From: Chloroflexota bacterium
Lineage (GTDB): Bacteria > Chloroflexota > UBA6077 > JAJPHF01
DNA: 64,000 bases
Reading direction: 5' to 3'
Assembly (NCBI GenBank): GCA_035294645.1
Contig: DATGKN010000124.1
Location: 38,335 to 102,334 of the forward strand
The translations under genes were made by a program, and so were the position numbers. Shown here in pieces: positions 1 through 14,948 of this stretch. Each line of letters begins with the position of its first letter. Within the stretch, counting starts at the first letter, position 1. The notes beneath the pieces are model-generated. The model was not told the origin of the DNA, made no database searches, and saw only the letters and a list, made by a program, of their open reading frames with translations.

Positions 1-487
1 CGGATTGAGGTTCACCAGCCGGAGCAGTTCGGCCACGCGCTCTTGCTTGGCCTTGCCCCGCGCCAGGCCGTGGATCTCCAGTGGCTCGGCAATGATGCTG
101 CCCACCGTCATGCGTGGGTTCAGCGAGGCGTAGGGATCCTGGAAGATCATCTGCATGCGCCGGCGCATGCGGCGCAGCCGGTCGCCCTTGAGCCGGGTGA
201 GGTCCTCCCCCTCCAGCAGCACTTCGCCCGCCGTGGGCCGGTACAACTGCAGGATAGCGCGGCCCGTCGTCGACTTCCCGCAGCCGCTCTCGCCCACCAG
301 CCCCAGCGTCTCGCCCCGACGGATATGGAAGCTGACGTCGTCCACCGCGTGCACCCATCCCGTGCGGCGCTGGAGAAGCAGCCCCTGGGTCACGGGGAAG
401 TACATCTTGAGATGGCGCACCTCGACCAGGGGCGCCTCGCTCTGCCCGTCGGGCGGGGTCGCACGCTCTCCCCGCGTCGCTAGCGCA

Positions 488-504
<17 letters not shown>
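1..504 (-). CDS. oppF: Oligopeptide/dipeptide ABC transporter ATP-binding subunit (OppF/DppF-like), 5' part only; runs off the window edge
   Basis: Manual translation from ATG at 504 (GGAGG upstream) gives ...[35 protein letters not shown]...[12 protein letters not shown] (Walker A)...[15 protein letters not shown]. Absent from the ORF track because the window contains no stop. Confidence 0.9.
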
Positions 505-1486
<982 letters not shown>

Positions 1487-1498
1487 GCCCGTTGCCCC

Positions 1499-3028
1499 CT
1501 ACTCCCGTGTGGCGGGCGGCGTCGCCCAGCGCAGTACCGGCTGGCGGGCGGCAGTGGCCTCGTCCAGCCGGCGCACCGGGGTGGCGTGCGGCGCCGCCCG
1601 CAGCAGCTCGGGCTGCTCTTGGGCCTCGCGGGCAATGGCGGCCATCGCCGCAGCGAAAGCGTCGAGCGTGGCCTTGGTCTCCGTCTCGGTCGGCTCGATC
1701 ATCAAGGCCTCTTCTACTACCAACGGGAAGTAGATCGTCGGCGGGTGGAAGCCGTAGTCGATCAGGCGTTTGGCCACGTCGAGCGTGCGCACGCCGCGCG
1801 CCTTCAGGCGCCGGCCGCTGAGCACCACCTCGTGCATGCAGGGCCGATTGTATGGCACGTCGTACCATTCCTGGAGCAGCACGCGCAAGTAGTTGGCGTT
1901 CAACACGGCCGCTTCGCTCACCGCCCGCAGCCCCTCGGCGCCCAGCCGCCGGAGGTAGGCGTAGGCGCGCACCAGCACCCCGAAGTGGCCGCCGAAGGCG
2001 CGCACCGGCCCGATCGAGCGCGGCCGGTCGTACTCCAGCGCGTAGTCGTCGCCCCGCCGCCGCACGACCGGCACGGGCAGGTACGGCTCCAGCGCCGCCG
2101 TGACCGCCAGCGCGCCCGCGCCCGGCCCACCCCCCCCGTGCGGGGTGGAGAACGTCTTGTGCAAGTTCATGTGCAGCACGTCGATGCCCAGGGCCGCTGG
2201 CTTGGCCACGCCCAGCAGGGCGTTCATATTGGCCCCGTCGCCGTACACCAGCGCGCCCGCGGCGTGCACCGCCTCGGTCAGCGCCAGCATGTGCTCATCG
2301 AACAGCCCGAGCGTGCTGGGCGCGGTGATCATCAAGGCGGCCACGTCCGGCCCCAGCGCGGCCTCCAGCGCCCGCAGATCGACGTTGCCGCGCGCGTCGG
2401 ACGGCAGGGTCACCGTCTCGTAGCCGACCATCGCTGCCGTGGCGGGGTTGGTACCGTGCGCGCTGTCGGGGACCAGCACGCGCTGGCGCCGCGTGTCGCC
2501 CCGCTCGCGGTGGTAGGCGCGGATGATCAGCAGCCCCGTCAGCTCGCCGTGCGCGCCCGCGGCCGGGTGCAGCGACACGGCGGCGAAGCCGGTGATCTCC
2601 GCCAGCGCGGCTTCCAGCGCGGCCAGCAGCGCCAGCGCGCCCTGCACCGTCTCCGCGGGCTGGTACGGGTGCAGGCCGGCGAACCCGGGCAGCCGCGCCA
2701 GCTCGTCGTTGAGCTTCGGGTTGTACTTCATCGTGCAGGAGCCGAGCGGGTAGAACCCCGTATCGATGGCGTAGTTCTTCTGGGACAGCCGCGTGAAGTG
2801 GCGCACCACCTCCAGCTCGCCGACCACGGGCAGTGGCAGCGCCTCGCGCAGCAGATCGCGGGGTGGCAGCGCCACGCGGGGCACGTCGGGCGCGGGCAGC
2901 TCGATGCCTGGCCGGTCGGGCGTGCTCAGCTCGCTCAGCAGCGGCTCGGGCGTCTGGCGGAGGTCGGCCAGGCCCGGCGGGCGGCTCAGGGGGCTCGCGG
3001 CGTCCATGGCGTGCGCTCCCGCGGTCAT
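1499..3028 (-). CDS. gcvPB: Glycine dehydrogenase (decarboxylating) subunit 2
   Basis: [34 protein letters not shown]-lysine motif [24 protein letters not shown]. The start at 3028 forms an ATGA overlap with the gcvPA stop. Confidence 0.96.
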   Translation of the reverse strand: MTAGAHAMDAASPLSRPPGLADLRQTPEPLLSELSTPDRPGIELPAPDVPRVALPPRDLLREALPLPVVGELEVVRHFTRLSQKNYAIDTGFYPLGSCTMKYNPKLNDELARLPGFAGLHPYQPAETVQGALALLAALEAALAEITGFAAVSLHPAAGAHGELTGLLIIRAYHRERGDTRRQRVLVPDSAHGTNPATAAMVGYETVTLPSDARGNVDLRALEAALGPDVAALMITAPSTLGLFDEHMLALTEAVHAAGALVYGDGANMNALLGVAKPAALGIDVLHMNLHKTFSTPHGGGGPGAGALAVTAALEPYLPVPVVRRRGDDYALEYDRPRSIGPVRAFGGHFGVLVRAYAYLRRLGAEGLRAVSEAAVLNANYLRVLLQEWYDVPYNRPCMHEVVLSGRRLKARGVRTLDVAKRLIDYGFHPPTIYFPLVVEEALMIEPTETETKATLDAFAAAMAAIAREAQEQPELLRAAPHATPVRRLDEATAARQPVLRWATPPATRE

Positions 3029-4365
3029 AGCCGTGCCAGCACCTCCACCAGCGCGTCGATCTCGGCCCGCGTGTTCATCTCGGTGCAGCAGTACAGCGCG
3101 CAGTCGGCGAGGGCCGGCCCCAGGCGGCGCAGCGGCAACCCGCCCAGGATGCCGGCCTCCAGCAGCCGGGCGTTGATCTCCTCGGGCGGCCGCGGCCCAC
3201 GCACCACGAACTCGTGGAAGAACGGCTCCGGGGTCAGCACCGTGTAGCCGGGCAGCCGCGCGATCTGGGCGGCCGCGTAGTGGGCGTACTGGTAGCAGTT
3301 CTCCGCCGCCTGGCGCAGTCCCTGCGGCCCCATTAGGCTCAGGTAGATGGTGACCTGCAGGGCAACCAGCGCCTGGTTGGTGCAGATGTTGGAGGTCGCC
3401 TTCTCGCGGCGGATGTCCTGCTCGCGCGGCCGCAGGGTGAGCACGAAGCCGCGACGCCCCTCGCTGTCGCGGGCGATGCCCGCTAGCCGGCCTGGCAGCT
3501 GGCGCACGTACTGCTGGCGCGTGGCCATCAGGCCCACGTACGGCCCCCCGAACGACATCGGCACGCCCAGCGACTGGCCCTCGCCCACGGCGATGTCGGC
3601 GCCCCAGGCGCCGGGCGGCTTGAGGAGCCCCAGGCTCAGCGGGTTGACCACCATCACCAGCAGCGCCCCCGTGCGGTCGCACGCTTGGCGCAGCGCGGTC
3701 CAATCGGCCAGCGCGCCGAAGAAGCTCGGCTGCTGCACCACCACGCAGGCGGTCCGCTCGTCGACCAGCGGCGCGGGGTCGCCCTCGCGCAGCGCGCCGT
3801 CCCGCTCCTCTAGCGGGGTCACCACCAGCTCCGCCGCCTCGTCGCCCAGGTACGTGGCCGTCACGGCGCGGTACTCCGGATGCACCCCGCTACCGAGCAC
3901 CACGCGCGTGCGCCGCGTGATGCGCTGCGCCATCAGGACCGCCTCCGCTAGCGCGGTGGCGCCGTCGTACATCGAGGCGTTGGCCACGTCCATGGCGAAC
4001 AGGTCGCACACCAGGCTCTGGAACTCGAAGACGGCCTGCAGCGTGCCCTGGCTCACCTCAGGCTGGTAGGGCGTGTAGGCAGTCAGGAACTCGCCGCGCG
4101 AGGCCAGCGCGCCGACGGCCGCCGGGATGAAGTGGTGGTACACCCCGCCGCCGAGGAAGCACGCGAGCTCCGTGGCGGGGCGATTGCGCGCGGCCAGCGC
4201 CCGCACCGCGCGGCTGGTCTCCAGCTCGCTCTCGCCGGGCGGCAAGTCGATACGCGGGAAGCGCAGCGCGGGCGGGATCACCTCGAACAGTGCGTCGGTC
4301 GAGGCGACGCCGATCCGTTCGAGCATCTGCTGGCGTTCGGTGGGGGTCAGGGGCACGAACGGCAT
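3025..4365 (-). CDS. gcvPA: Glycine dehydrogenase (decarboxylating) subunit 1
   Basis: [45 protein letters not shown]. Confidence 0.96.
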   Translation of the reverse strand: MPFVPLTPTERQQMLERIGVASTDALFEVIPPALRFPRIDLPPGESELETSRAVRALAARNRPATELACFLGGGVYHHFIPAAVGALASRGEFLTAYTPYQPEVSQGTLQAVFEFQSLVCDLFAMDVANASMYDGATALAEAVLMAQRITRRTRVVLGSGVHPEYRAVTATYLGDEAAELVVTPLEERDGALREGDPAPLVDERTACVVVQQPSFFGALADWTALRQACDRTGALLVMVVNPLSLGLLKPPGAWGADIAVGEGQSLGVPMSFGGPYVGLMATRQQYVRQLPGRLAGIARDSEGRRGFVLTLRPREQDIRREKATSNICTNQALVALQVTIYLSLMGPQGLRQAAENCYQYAHYAAAQIARLPGYTVLTPEPFFHEFVVRGPRPPEEINARLLEAGILGGLPLRRLGPALADCALYCCTEMNTRAEIDALVEVLARL

Positions 4366-4374
4366 CGTCGGCGG

Positions 4375-4764
4375 CTACTCGCTGTCGCCCTCGGCGATCA
4401 GCGCCTCGTACTCCGCGGCGGACAGGAGCTGGCGCAGCTCGTCGGGGTTGTCCGGCCGCACGCGGATGAGCCAGCCGCGCTCGTAGGGCGACTCGTTGAC
4501 CAGCTGCGGCTCGCTCACCACGGCCTCGTTCACGGCCACGACCTCGCCACTGACCGGCGAGAACAGGTCGCTAGCCGTCTTGACCGACTCGATGACCCCC
4601 ATCTCCTTCATCTGCGTTACCTGGTCGCCAACCTTGGGCAGCTCGACGTACACCACGTCGCCTAGCTGCGCCTGGGCGAAGTCGGTGATTCCCACCACGA
4701 CCTCGCTCCCCTCGAGCTTGGCCCACTCGTGCTCCCGGCTGTACCGGCGGTCGTCCGGCGTCAC
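4375..4764 (-). CDS. gcvH: Glycine cleavage system H protein
   Basis: YSREHEW, GITDFAQAQLGDVVYV, lipoyl-Lys motif ESVKTASD, NESPYERGW. GTG start at 4764 follows a GGAGG-like RBS. Confidence 0.95.
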   Translation of the reverse strand: MTPDDRRYSREHEWAKLEGSEVVVGITDFAQAQLGDVVYVELPKVGDQVTQMKEMGVIESVKTASDLFSPVSGEVVAVNEAVVSEPQLVNESPYERGWLIRVRPDNPDELRQLLSAAEYEALIAEGDSE

Positions 4765-4803
4765 CTCACCCTCCCTCACGCGAATCGACCTGTGCGGCTG
4801 GCC

Positions 4804-5955
4804 CTATGGTCGCGCCGGGCGCGGGGGCTGCCGGCGCCGGTGGGGCCAGAACGGCAGCGCCACCACCTGCGCCGGGCAGGCGCGGCCGCGCAGCTCGACG
4901 GCGATGGCTTGGCCCGGGGACGCCAGCGCCGGCGGGACGTACGCCATGCCGATCGCGGCCCGCACGGACGGCCCGTAGGTGCCGCTGGTGACCTCGCCCA
5001 CGCGCTGGCCCTCGGCCCAGACCGCGCAGCCCGGCCGCGGGACTCCGCCGTCGAGCAGCCGGAACCCGACCAGCCGCCGGCGGAGCCCCTGCGCCCGCTG
5101 GGCCGCCAGCGCCTCGGCCCCCACGAACGCGCCCTTGGCCAGTTTCACGAACCGGTCGAGGCCCGCCTCCAGCGGCGTGATGTCGTCGCGCAGCTCGTGC
5201 CCGTACAGGGCGAAGCCCGCTTCCAGCCGCAGCGTGTCGCGCGCGCCCAGCCCACACGGCTCGGGCCGGCACGGTTGCCCAAGTTCCAGCAGCGCGTCCC
5301 ACAGCGAGAGCGCCGTGTTCGCCTCAGGCAGCAGCTCGAAACCGTCCTCCCCAGTGTAGCCGGTCCGCGCCAGCCATACCGCCTGGCCGAATAGCACCGT
5401 GCGACGGATCCCGTAGTACGGCACGGAGGTCAGGTCGAGCGGCGTATAGGGCGCCAGTAGCGCTTCGGCCGCTGGGCCCTGCAGGGCGAGCATCGCCAGT
5501 GCCAACGTGCGGTCGTCGATGCGGGCGCGCCAGCGGTGGGCGGCCAGCTGCTCGCGCAGCCAGGCCAGCACGCGGGTCCGGTTGCTGGCGTTGACCACCA
5601 GGAGGTAGCGCGGGGTAGGGTCCTCCGTCGGCAGGCGATACACGACCACGTCATCCATGGTGCCGCCCGTCGGGTGACAGACCAACGCGTACTGGGCGCG
5701 GCCGGGCGCCAGCGCCGCCACGTCATTGGTCGTCACGTACTGGAGCAGAGCCAGGGCATCGGGGCCCGCGACCTCCAGCCGGCCCATATGGGAGATGTCG
5801 AACAGCCCCGCGCCCTCGCGCACCGCGCGGTGCTCGGCCAGGATCCCGCGGTACTGGAGCGGCATCGCCCAGCCCGCGAAGGGCACCAGGCGGGCGCCGT
5901 GCGCCGCGTGCCAGGCATAGAGCGGGGTACGGTGGAGGTCGGCGGTTAGCGCCAT
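4804..5955 (-). CDS. gcvT: Glycine cleavage system aminomethyltransferase T
   Basis: [48 protein letters not shown]. Confidence 0.96.
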   Translation of the reverse strand: MALTADLHRTPLYAWHAAHGARLVPFAGWAMPLQYRGILAEHRAVREGAGLFDISHMGRLEVAGPDALALLQYVTTNDVAALAPGRAQYALVCHPTGGTMDDVVVYRLPTEDPTPRYLLVVNASNRTRVLAWLREQLAAHRWRARIDDRTLALAMLALQGPAAEALLAPYTPLDLTSVPYYGIRRTVLFGQAVWLARTGYTGEDGFELLPEANTALSLWDALLELGQPCRPEPCGLGARDTLRLEAGFALYGHELRDDITPLEAGLDRFVKLAKGAFVGAEALAAQRAQGLRRRLVGFRLLDGGVPRPGCAVWAEGQRVGEVTSGTYGPSVRAAIGMAYVPPALASPGQAIAVELRGRACPAQVVALPFWPHRRRQPPRPARP

Positions 5956-8234
5956 GAGGCCTCCCCACGGCGCCAGCGCGCCAGCAGCTGACGCCAGTGA
6001 CGCACGGCGCGGCGCAGCAGGATCCAGCGCAGAGGCGCCCAGGCCTCGCTGGCGCGGCGCGCCAGGTCGCTATCCAGTGGGCCACGGCTGTAGGTGCCGC
6101 GCACATACGCCTCGGTGATCGTCTCGACCGGAGCACGTGCCGAAGGCACCGCGTGCACCAGCGTGGCTGCATACTCGTAGGGCGTGTCGGACGGACGTCG
6201 GCGCACGCCCGCCCACGCGGCCAGCGCGCTGAGCTGGGCATAGGGCCGCACGTGCGGGCGCAGCGACTGCAGGCTGCGCTGCCAGAGCACCAGCAGGCCG
6301 ATCGCGGCCAATAGGCCAAGCAGCAGCAGGCCGCCCATCGCCAACAAGATAGGCCATACATAGTGAAGCAGGCCGGCCGGCCCGGCCTCGGCCGGCCCGG
6401 CCCCGCTGTCCGTCGCCAGCCCTGTGTTGCTCAGCCCTTCCAGGTCGGTCAGGCTGTAGTCTTCGTCCTCGAACCCGAAGAGATCCCCGAACAGGGAATC
6501 GTCCAGGCCGAAGCTCTCCAGCCGCGGCGGGACGGGGCGCAGCGCGGACGGCTCGAACGTGATCCAGCCGTAGCCGGGGAAGTACGCCTCGGTCCACGAG
6601 TGCGCGTGGCTCTCGCGCACGATGATCACGTCTTGCGTGGCGTCGCGCTCGCCCGGCGCGAAGCCGCTGGCTACCCGCGCGGGGATCCCCACCGCGCGCA
6701 GCATGACGGTCATGGCGGCGGCGAAGTAGTCGCAGTAGCCCTCGCGCGTCTCGAACAGCATATAGTCCACCCAGTCACGGTCGGGCGGGGGCTGCTTGAC
6801 GCGCGTGCTGTAGCGAAACTGGCGCAGGTAGCTCTCCAGGGCGACCGCCTTGTCGTAGGGGTTGGTAGCGGACGCGGTGACCCGCAGCGCTTCCTGGCGC
6901 ACCCGAATGGGCAACGAGCGCGGTAGCTCGCGGTAGCGGCGCGTCCAGGCCGGATAGTCGGTGCCCGCGTTGCGCAGGTCGCTCACCGTGGCGACGGAGA
7001 CGGAGGAGACGACCGTGTACTGCTGGCCGCGCCGCAGCGGTGCCTGGAGCCGCAGCGAGACCACGTCGTCCGGCACCTCGCGGTAGTCGTAGTACACGGG
7101 GACGCTCACGCGCACGGGCTCGTCGGCGGCGAACAGCATGCTGGCCTGCGGCGCCAGCAGCTGCACGCGTTGCTCGAACTCCACCCGCGCCGCGTAGGGC
7201 TCGCTATCCGGGGGGTGGGCCTGGTCCGCCTCCAGGTGCAAAGTGCTCGGGTCACTGCTGACGAACAGCTGGCCCGTGTAGCGGTCGTAGGTGGCGGCGC
7301 GCCAGTAGCGCGGCTCACGGGCGGCGATCGCCAGGACGGGCTGCTCGCCCAGCTCGAAGGCGGCGCGCGGCGCCAGCGTGCGGCCGAAGTTCAGCCCGCG
7401 CCCGACGCGCTCGGGCGCGTTGAGGGCCGCGAACAGGCGGTCGAACGTGGCTTGCAGGGGCTGCCACGGCGCGCTGGCGCTGTACCACCAGTCGGCCACC
7501 CGCTGGCTGATACCCCCGCTGGGCAACAGCCACGCCAGCCCCAGTAGGGCTGCAGAGAGCAGGCCGGCCGCGACCAGCACGCTACGCGCCGCCTGGGGCC
7601 CCGCCGGCCGCTCGCCGGCGAGGGCGTGGACGCGGCGCTGGGTGAGATCCACCAGCAGCAGCATAGCCGCCAGCAGGAACACGACGAGGTACACGAGGAG
7701 CTCGGGCGGCGCGTAGGAGAGGTTGAGTAGGATCGCGCAGCCGTTGGGCAGGATCGCCCACCACGGCGCACGCTCGCGAAACACGAACCAGCCGCTGGCG
7801 TAGCCGAGAAACCAGGCGAGCAGCGCCACGGTGATGGCGAACAGCAGTGTATCGCTGCTCGCTCCGCCGCTCACGGCAACTTCCCACCAGGCGCGCACCC
7901 GCTCCCATAGCCAGCCCAGCCGCTCCCGCCAGCCGTGGCGCGGGGCGATGGCCACGAAGTAGGCAGTGACCAGCACGCTGCCGGCGCCCAGGGCCAGTAG
8001 GTGCGCCACGGCCGCCCGGCGCAGCAGGCGGCTGAGCAGCAGCGCGAACAACACCCCAGCGGCAGCGTAGAAGCCGAGTGGCTCCAAGTGATCGGCCCAG
8101 TCGGCTGCGGTGACCGATACCGCCGGCGCGCAGACCAGCAGCAAGACCAGGGCGACGGTAACCGGGCTCTCCCGCCGCGCCTGGCCCGGCACGCGGGGGC
8201 GCGCCGCGCTCCGAGCCAACAGATCGGCTATCAC
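5946..8234 (-). CDS. Membrane-bound transglutaminase-like protein (TgpA/DUF3488-type with DUF4129-like C-terminus)
   Basis: N-terminal TM helices, YWRAATYDRYTG, catalytic-type motifs GYCDYFAAAM, HAHSWTE and WITFEP, then a late TM helix and DTPYEYA. GTG start at 8234 overlaps the DUF58 stop (GTGA). Confidence 0.88.
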   Translation of the reverse strand: MIADLLARSAARPRVPGQARRESPVTVALVLLLVCAPAVSVTAADWADHLEPLGFYAAAGVLFALLLSRLLRRAAVAHLLALGAGSVLVTAYFVAIAPRHGWRERLGWLWERVRAWWEVAVSGGASSDTLLFAITVALLAWFLGYASGWFVFRERAPWWAILPNGCAILLNLSYAPPELLVYLVVFLLAAMLLLVDLTQRRVHALAGERPAGPQAARSVLVAAGLLSAALLGLAWLLPSGGISQRVADWWYSASAPWQPLQATFDRLFAALNAPERVGRGLNFGRTLAPRAAFELGEQPVLAIAAREPRYWRAATYDRYTGQLFVSSDPSTLHLEADQAHPPDSEPYAARVEFEQRVQLLAPQASMLFAADEPVRVSVPVYYDYREVPDDVVSLRLQAPLRRGQQYTVVSSVSVATVSDLRNAGTDYPAWTRRYRELPRSLPIRVRQEALRVTASATNPYDKAVALESYLRQFRYSTRVKQPPPDRDWVDYMLFETREGYCDYFAAAMTVMLRAVGIPARVASGFAPGERDATQDVIIVRESHAHSWTEAYFPGYGWITFEPSALRPVPPRLESFGLDDSLFGDLFGFEDEDYSLTDLEGLSNTGLATDSGAGPAEAGPAGLLHYVWPILLAMGGLLLLGLLAAIGLLVLWQRSLQSLRPHVRPYAQLSALAAWAGVRRRPSDTPYEYAATLVHAVPSARAPVETITEAYVRGTYSRGPLDSDLARRASEAWAPLRWILLRRAVRHWRQLLARWRRGEASWR

Positions 8235-9439
8235 ACGGGCCTCGCCAGAGCCTCGACCGCCGGCGGCGCACCGAGCGCCTGGTCGAGCGGCTGGTCGGGC
8301 TTCACCACATAGTACGGCACGCGGGCCGCGGCCAGCGCGGCGATCAGGGCCATCAACCCGCTGGTCGCGTCTGGCGCCACGGGGTCCTGCAGGATCACCG
8401 TGCTCGGGATGCCACGCAACCGCAGGTCCTCCAGGGCCGCCAGCCAGTCGGTCCGCACCGTCGGGGTGATCACTATGATACTGGTGCCACGCCCGAAGCG
8501 CGCCGTGGTCGACAGCAGCAGCGCGCCCACGCTCTGCCACTCGCGGGGGCGTACCACAGCCAGCAGCTCCAGAATTTTCAGTAGCTGCCGCGCCCCGCGG
8601 TCAGGCTCCAGCACGTGCCGCTGCGTGAGCAGCCCCACCGCGCGGTTCTGGAGCAGCAGGTGCCGGGCGACCGACGCCGCGATGGTGACGCCCTGCTCCT
8701 CGGGCGACGTGGGCCCCTCGGCGCGGTGCAGGTTGCGGTCGAGGTCCAGCACCACCCACACGTCCGAAACGGGGTCCTCCTCGAACTCCTTGACCACCAG
8801 CCGGCCCAGCCGTGCGCTATTGGGCCAATGGATGCGGTTGAACGGGTCGCCCGGCTGGTAGTCGCGCAGCCCGGCGGCCATCGCCGTGGCGTGCGGCACG
8901 CGCTCGCGGCGCTGCCCGCCACCCGCGAGCGCGCCCTGTAGCGGGCGGAACTGCGGCAGGTCGATCGTGGCGGGGTACACGAGCACCGACGTGTCGGCCG
9001 GGAACTCCCACTCGTGGCGGAAGAACCCGAACGGATCCCCCGTGGCCACGCGCGTGGGGCCGAGCAGGTACAGGCCGCGGCGCGTCGCGCGGCTCTCCAG
9101 CAGGCCGCTCCAGGTAGCGCGCGCGGGCAGGCTGAGGAAGAACCGGCCCTGGTGGCCCGTGAGGGCCGAGTCGGCCTGCACCTCGAGCCAAGGCTTGGGC
9201 AACCACCACGTGTTGCTCACGCTGAGCCGCTCGCGCACCGGCTCGCCCACCTGGCTGCGCGGGGTCAGCGGCTCGCGGCGGATGACCAGCGCGTACTGGC
9301 TCAGGCGCGTCCACAGCCAGGCCACGCCGAAGAGCAGGAGCAGCAGGTACGAGATCTTGAACATCACGCTCCAGCCACCGGCCAGCGCGGTGCCGAACAC
9401 GAACAGCCAGAGCGCGGCGAAGGCGAGCACGCGCGTCAT
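8231..9439 (-). CDS. DUF58 domain protein (MoxR-associated)
   Basis: RRGLY...DPFGFF, VLVYP, LRDYQPGDPFNRIHW, LVVKEFE, preceded by two N-terminal TM segments. Confidence 0.9.
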   Translation of the reverse strand: MTRVLAFAALWLFVFGTALAGGWSVMFKISYLLLLLFGVAWLWTRLSQYALVIRREPLTPRSQVGEPVRERLSVSNTWWLPKPWLEVQADSALTGHQGRFFLSLPARATWSGLLESRATRRGLYLLGPTRVATGDPFGFFRHEWEFPADTSVLVYPATIDLPQFRPLQGALAGGGQRRERVPHATAMAAGLRDYQPGDPFNRIHWPNSARLGRLVVKEFEEDPVSDVWVVLDLDRNLHRAEGPTSPEEQGVTIAASVARHLLLQNRAVGLLTQRHVLEPDRGARQLLKILELLAVVRPREWQSVGALLLSTTARFGRGTSIIVITPTVRTDWLAALEDLRLRGIPSTVILQDPVAPDATSGLMALIAALAAARVPYYVVKPDQPLDQALGAPPAVEALARPV

Positions 9440-9447
9440 GGGGTACC

Positions 9448-10398
<951 letters not shown>

Positions 10399-10405
10399 GC
10401 CTGCC

Positions 10406-13024
<2,619 letters not shown>

Positions 13025-13067
13025 GGTGTCTCCGCCTCATCGGGCCGACCCGTGGGCCCGCCCGACG

Positions 13068-14054
13068 CTAGATCGAAATGAACTTCAGTTGGGCGGCCGG
13101 GGTGCGGAACATCTCGCCCACCGAGGTGCCCGCATGGATCCGCGCGATCGCCTCGCCCAGCAGCGGGGCGATCGAAACGACTTCCAGCTTGTCGATCCAC
13201 TTATGCGGATCCAGGCGCACCGAATCCGTGGTGATGACCCGCTGGACCGAGCAGCGGTGGATCCGCTCCACCGCCGGGCCCGAGAGCACCGCGTGCGTCG
13301 CGCTGGCCAAGATAGCACGCGCCCCGCGGCGTTCCAGCACCTCGACGGCGCCCACCAGCGAGCTGGCGCGGTCGATCTCGTCGTCCACGATCAGCGCCGT
13401 GCGCCCCTGCACATCGCCGATCAGCGTCAACGACTCGCTACTGCCGTCGTTGGCGTAGCGCCGCTTCTCGATGATCGCCAGCGGCGCGTCCAGCAGCTCC
13501 GCGAAGTTGCGCGCCCGCTTGGCGAAGCCGATGTCCGACGACACCACCACCAGGTCGTCCACGCCCAGCGCGCGCACCCGGTCGCACAGCAGCCCCACGG
13601 CGGTCAGCTCGTCCACCGGAATATTAAAGAACCCCTGCACCTGGCCAGCGTGCAGGTCGAGGGTCAGCACACGGTGGGCGCCCGCGGCCTGGATCATATC
13701 GGCGAGCAGCCGCGCGGTGATCGGCACGCGCGGCTGATCCTTCTTGTCGGTCCGCGCGTAGGCGAAGTAGGGGATCACCGCCGTGATCCGGCCGGCCGAC
13801 GCGCGACGCAGCGCGTCGAGCATGATCAGCAGCTCCATGATGCTCTTGTTGACCGGCGAGCAGGTCGGCTGGATCACGAACACATCTTTCTGGCGGACGC
13901 TCTCGTTGATCTTGACGAAGATGTTCTCGTTGCTGAACTCGAAGACCTCGGCCTGCCCCAGGGGGACGTCCAAGTAGTCGCAGACGGCGCGCGCCAGCGC
14001 CGGATGAGCGTTGCCTGTGAAGATACTTAGCGCTCCGTACAAGGCGCTCTCCAT
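13068..14054 (-). CDS. prs: Ribose-phosphate pyrophosphokinase
   Basis: VIPYFAYARTDKK, DLHAGQVQGFF, IVDDEID, ATHAVLSG. Start placed at MESALYG (14054). Confidence 0.96.
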   Translation of the reverse strand: MESALYGALSIFTGNAHPALARAVCDYLDVPLGQAEVFEFSNENIFVKINESVRQKDVFVIQPTCSPVNKSIMELLIMLDALRRASAGRITAVIPYFAYARTDKKDQPRVPITARLLADMIQAAGAHRVLTLDLHAGQVQGFFNIPVDELTAVGLLCDRVRALGVDDLVVVSSDIGFAKRARNFAELLDAPLAIIEKRRYANDGSSESLTLIGDVQGRTALIVDDEIDRASSLVGAVEVLERRGARAILASATHAVLSGPAVERIHRCSVQRVITTDSVRLDPHKWIDKLEVVSIAPLLGEAIARIHAGTSVGEMFRTPAAQLKFISI

Positions 14055-14224
14055 CACAGTCCCGTGACTCCCGGCCGAGTAAAAGCGAAGGTGCTGCCCG
14101 GCGCGCACCGCACACCGATCAGCACCCAGCCAGTCGTCTACCCCGCGCGGCGCGAGCGCCCGGCCGCTGCCAGCGCCCTGCTGCGCCTGCTGAGCTTCTG
14201 CTGAGAACCGCCTTAACTGCTGGG

Positions 14225-14253
14225 ACTATAGCACACGCTCCATAGGCCAGCAA
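14225..14253 (-). promoter_or_regulatory. Sigma70-type promoter for prs and downstream minus-strand genes
   Basis: Minus strand reads TTGCTG-17 nt-TATAGT with a TG extended -10. Confidence 0.6.
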
Positions 14254-14309
14254 TCGCGCGGCGCCGCGCCTTCCTTATGGGATTATGCGCCAGCCGCCCC
14301 CCGGCGCGA

Positions 14310-14900
14310 CTAGGCGCCCAGCGCCCGGGCCCGCGCCAGGTCGTCCGGCCAGTTGACATTCAGGAACGACCGCAGCTCGGGGTCCCAGCGGCGCAGCTCC
14401 GCCTCGGGCACGTAGCGCACGCGCACGGCCTCGAAGAACGCCAGCAACCGCTTGCGCCCGGCCGCCAGCGCCGCTTCGATGGCGGGCAGGCAGCTCGGTC
14501 GGTACACCGCGTGCAGGGGCTCCGGCTGCTCGCCGATGACCGGCACGACCGCGTCCACCCCCTCGGCCAGCGCCAGCAGCACGCGCAGCAGCGCGGTCGA
14601 GACGAACGGCATGTCGCAAGCGGTCGCCGTGGCCAGCGGCGTGCGCACCACGCGCAGGCCCGAGTAGAGGCCCATAAGCGCACCCGCCCGGGGCTCGACG
14701 TCGCGGACCACGACCGTGTCGGGCAGCCCCCGCAAGCTGTCGTCGTTGCTGACGATGACGATGGGCGTGCCCAGCGGGCGCAGCGCGGCAAGCAGGCGGT
14801 CGATCACCCGCTGCCCACCGATCTCCAGCAGCGCCTTGTTGACGCCACCCAGCCGGGTTCCCTGCCCGCCGGCCAGGACGACGGGCGTTACCGCTTCCAC
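14310..14900 (-). CDS. mobA: Molybdenum cofactor guanylyltransferase
   Basis: VLAGGQGTRLGG-NKAL, GALMGLYSGL, ACDMPF, EPLHAVY, FLNVNWPDD. Confidence 0.9.
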   Translation of the reverse strand: MEAVTPVVLAGGQGTRLGGVNKALLEIGGQRVIDRLLAALRPLGTPIVIVSNDDSLRGLPDTVVVRDVEPRAGALMGLYSGLRVVRTPLATATACDMPFVSTALLRVLLALAEGVDAVVPVIGEQPEPLHAVYRPSCLPAIEAALAAGRKRLLAFFEAVRVRYVPEAELRRWDPELRSFLNVNWPDDLARARALGA

Positions 14901-14948
14901 GCCCTCCCCGCCTCGTGCTCGGCCGCTGGGGCCCGGCGCCGCTCGTTG

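Noticed and set aside
5940-6100. Glycine riboswitch before gcvT
   Set aside because: The region is coding sequence of the transglutaminase gene and has no GGAGA...GAAG...CUCAGG aptamer.
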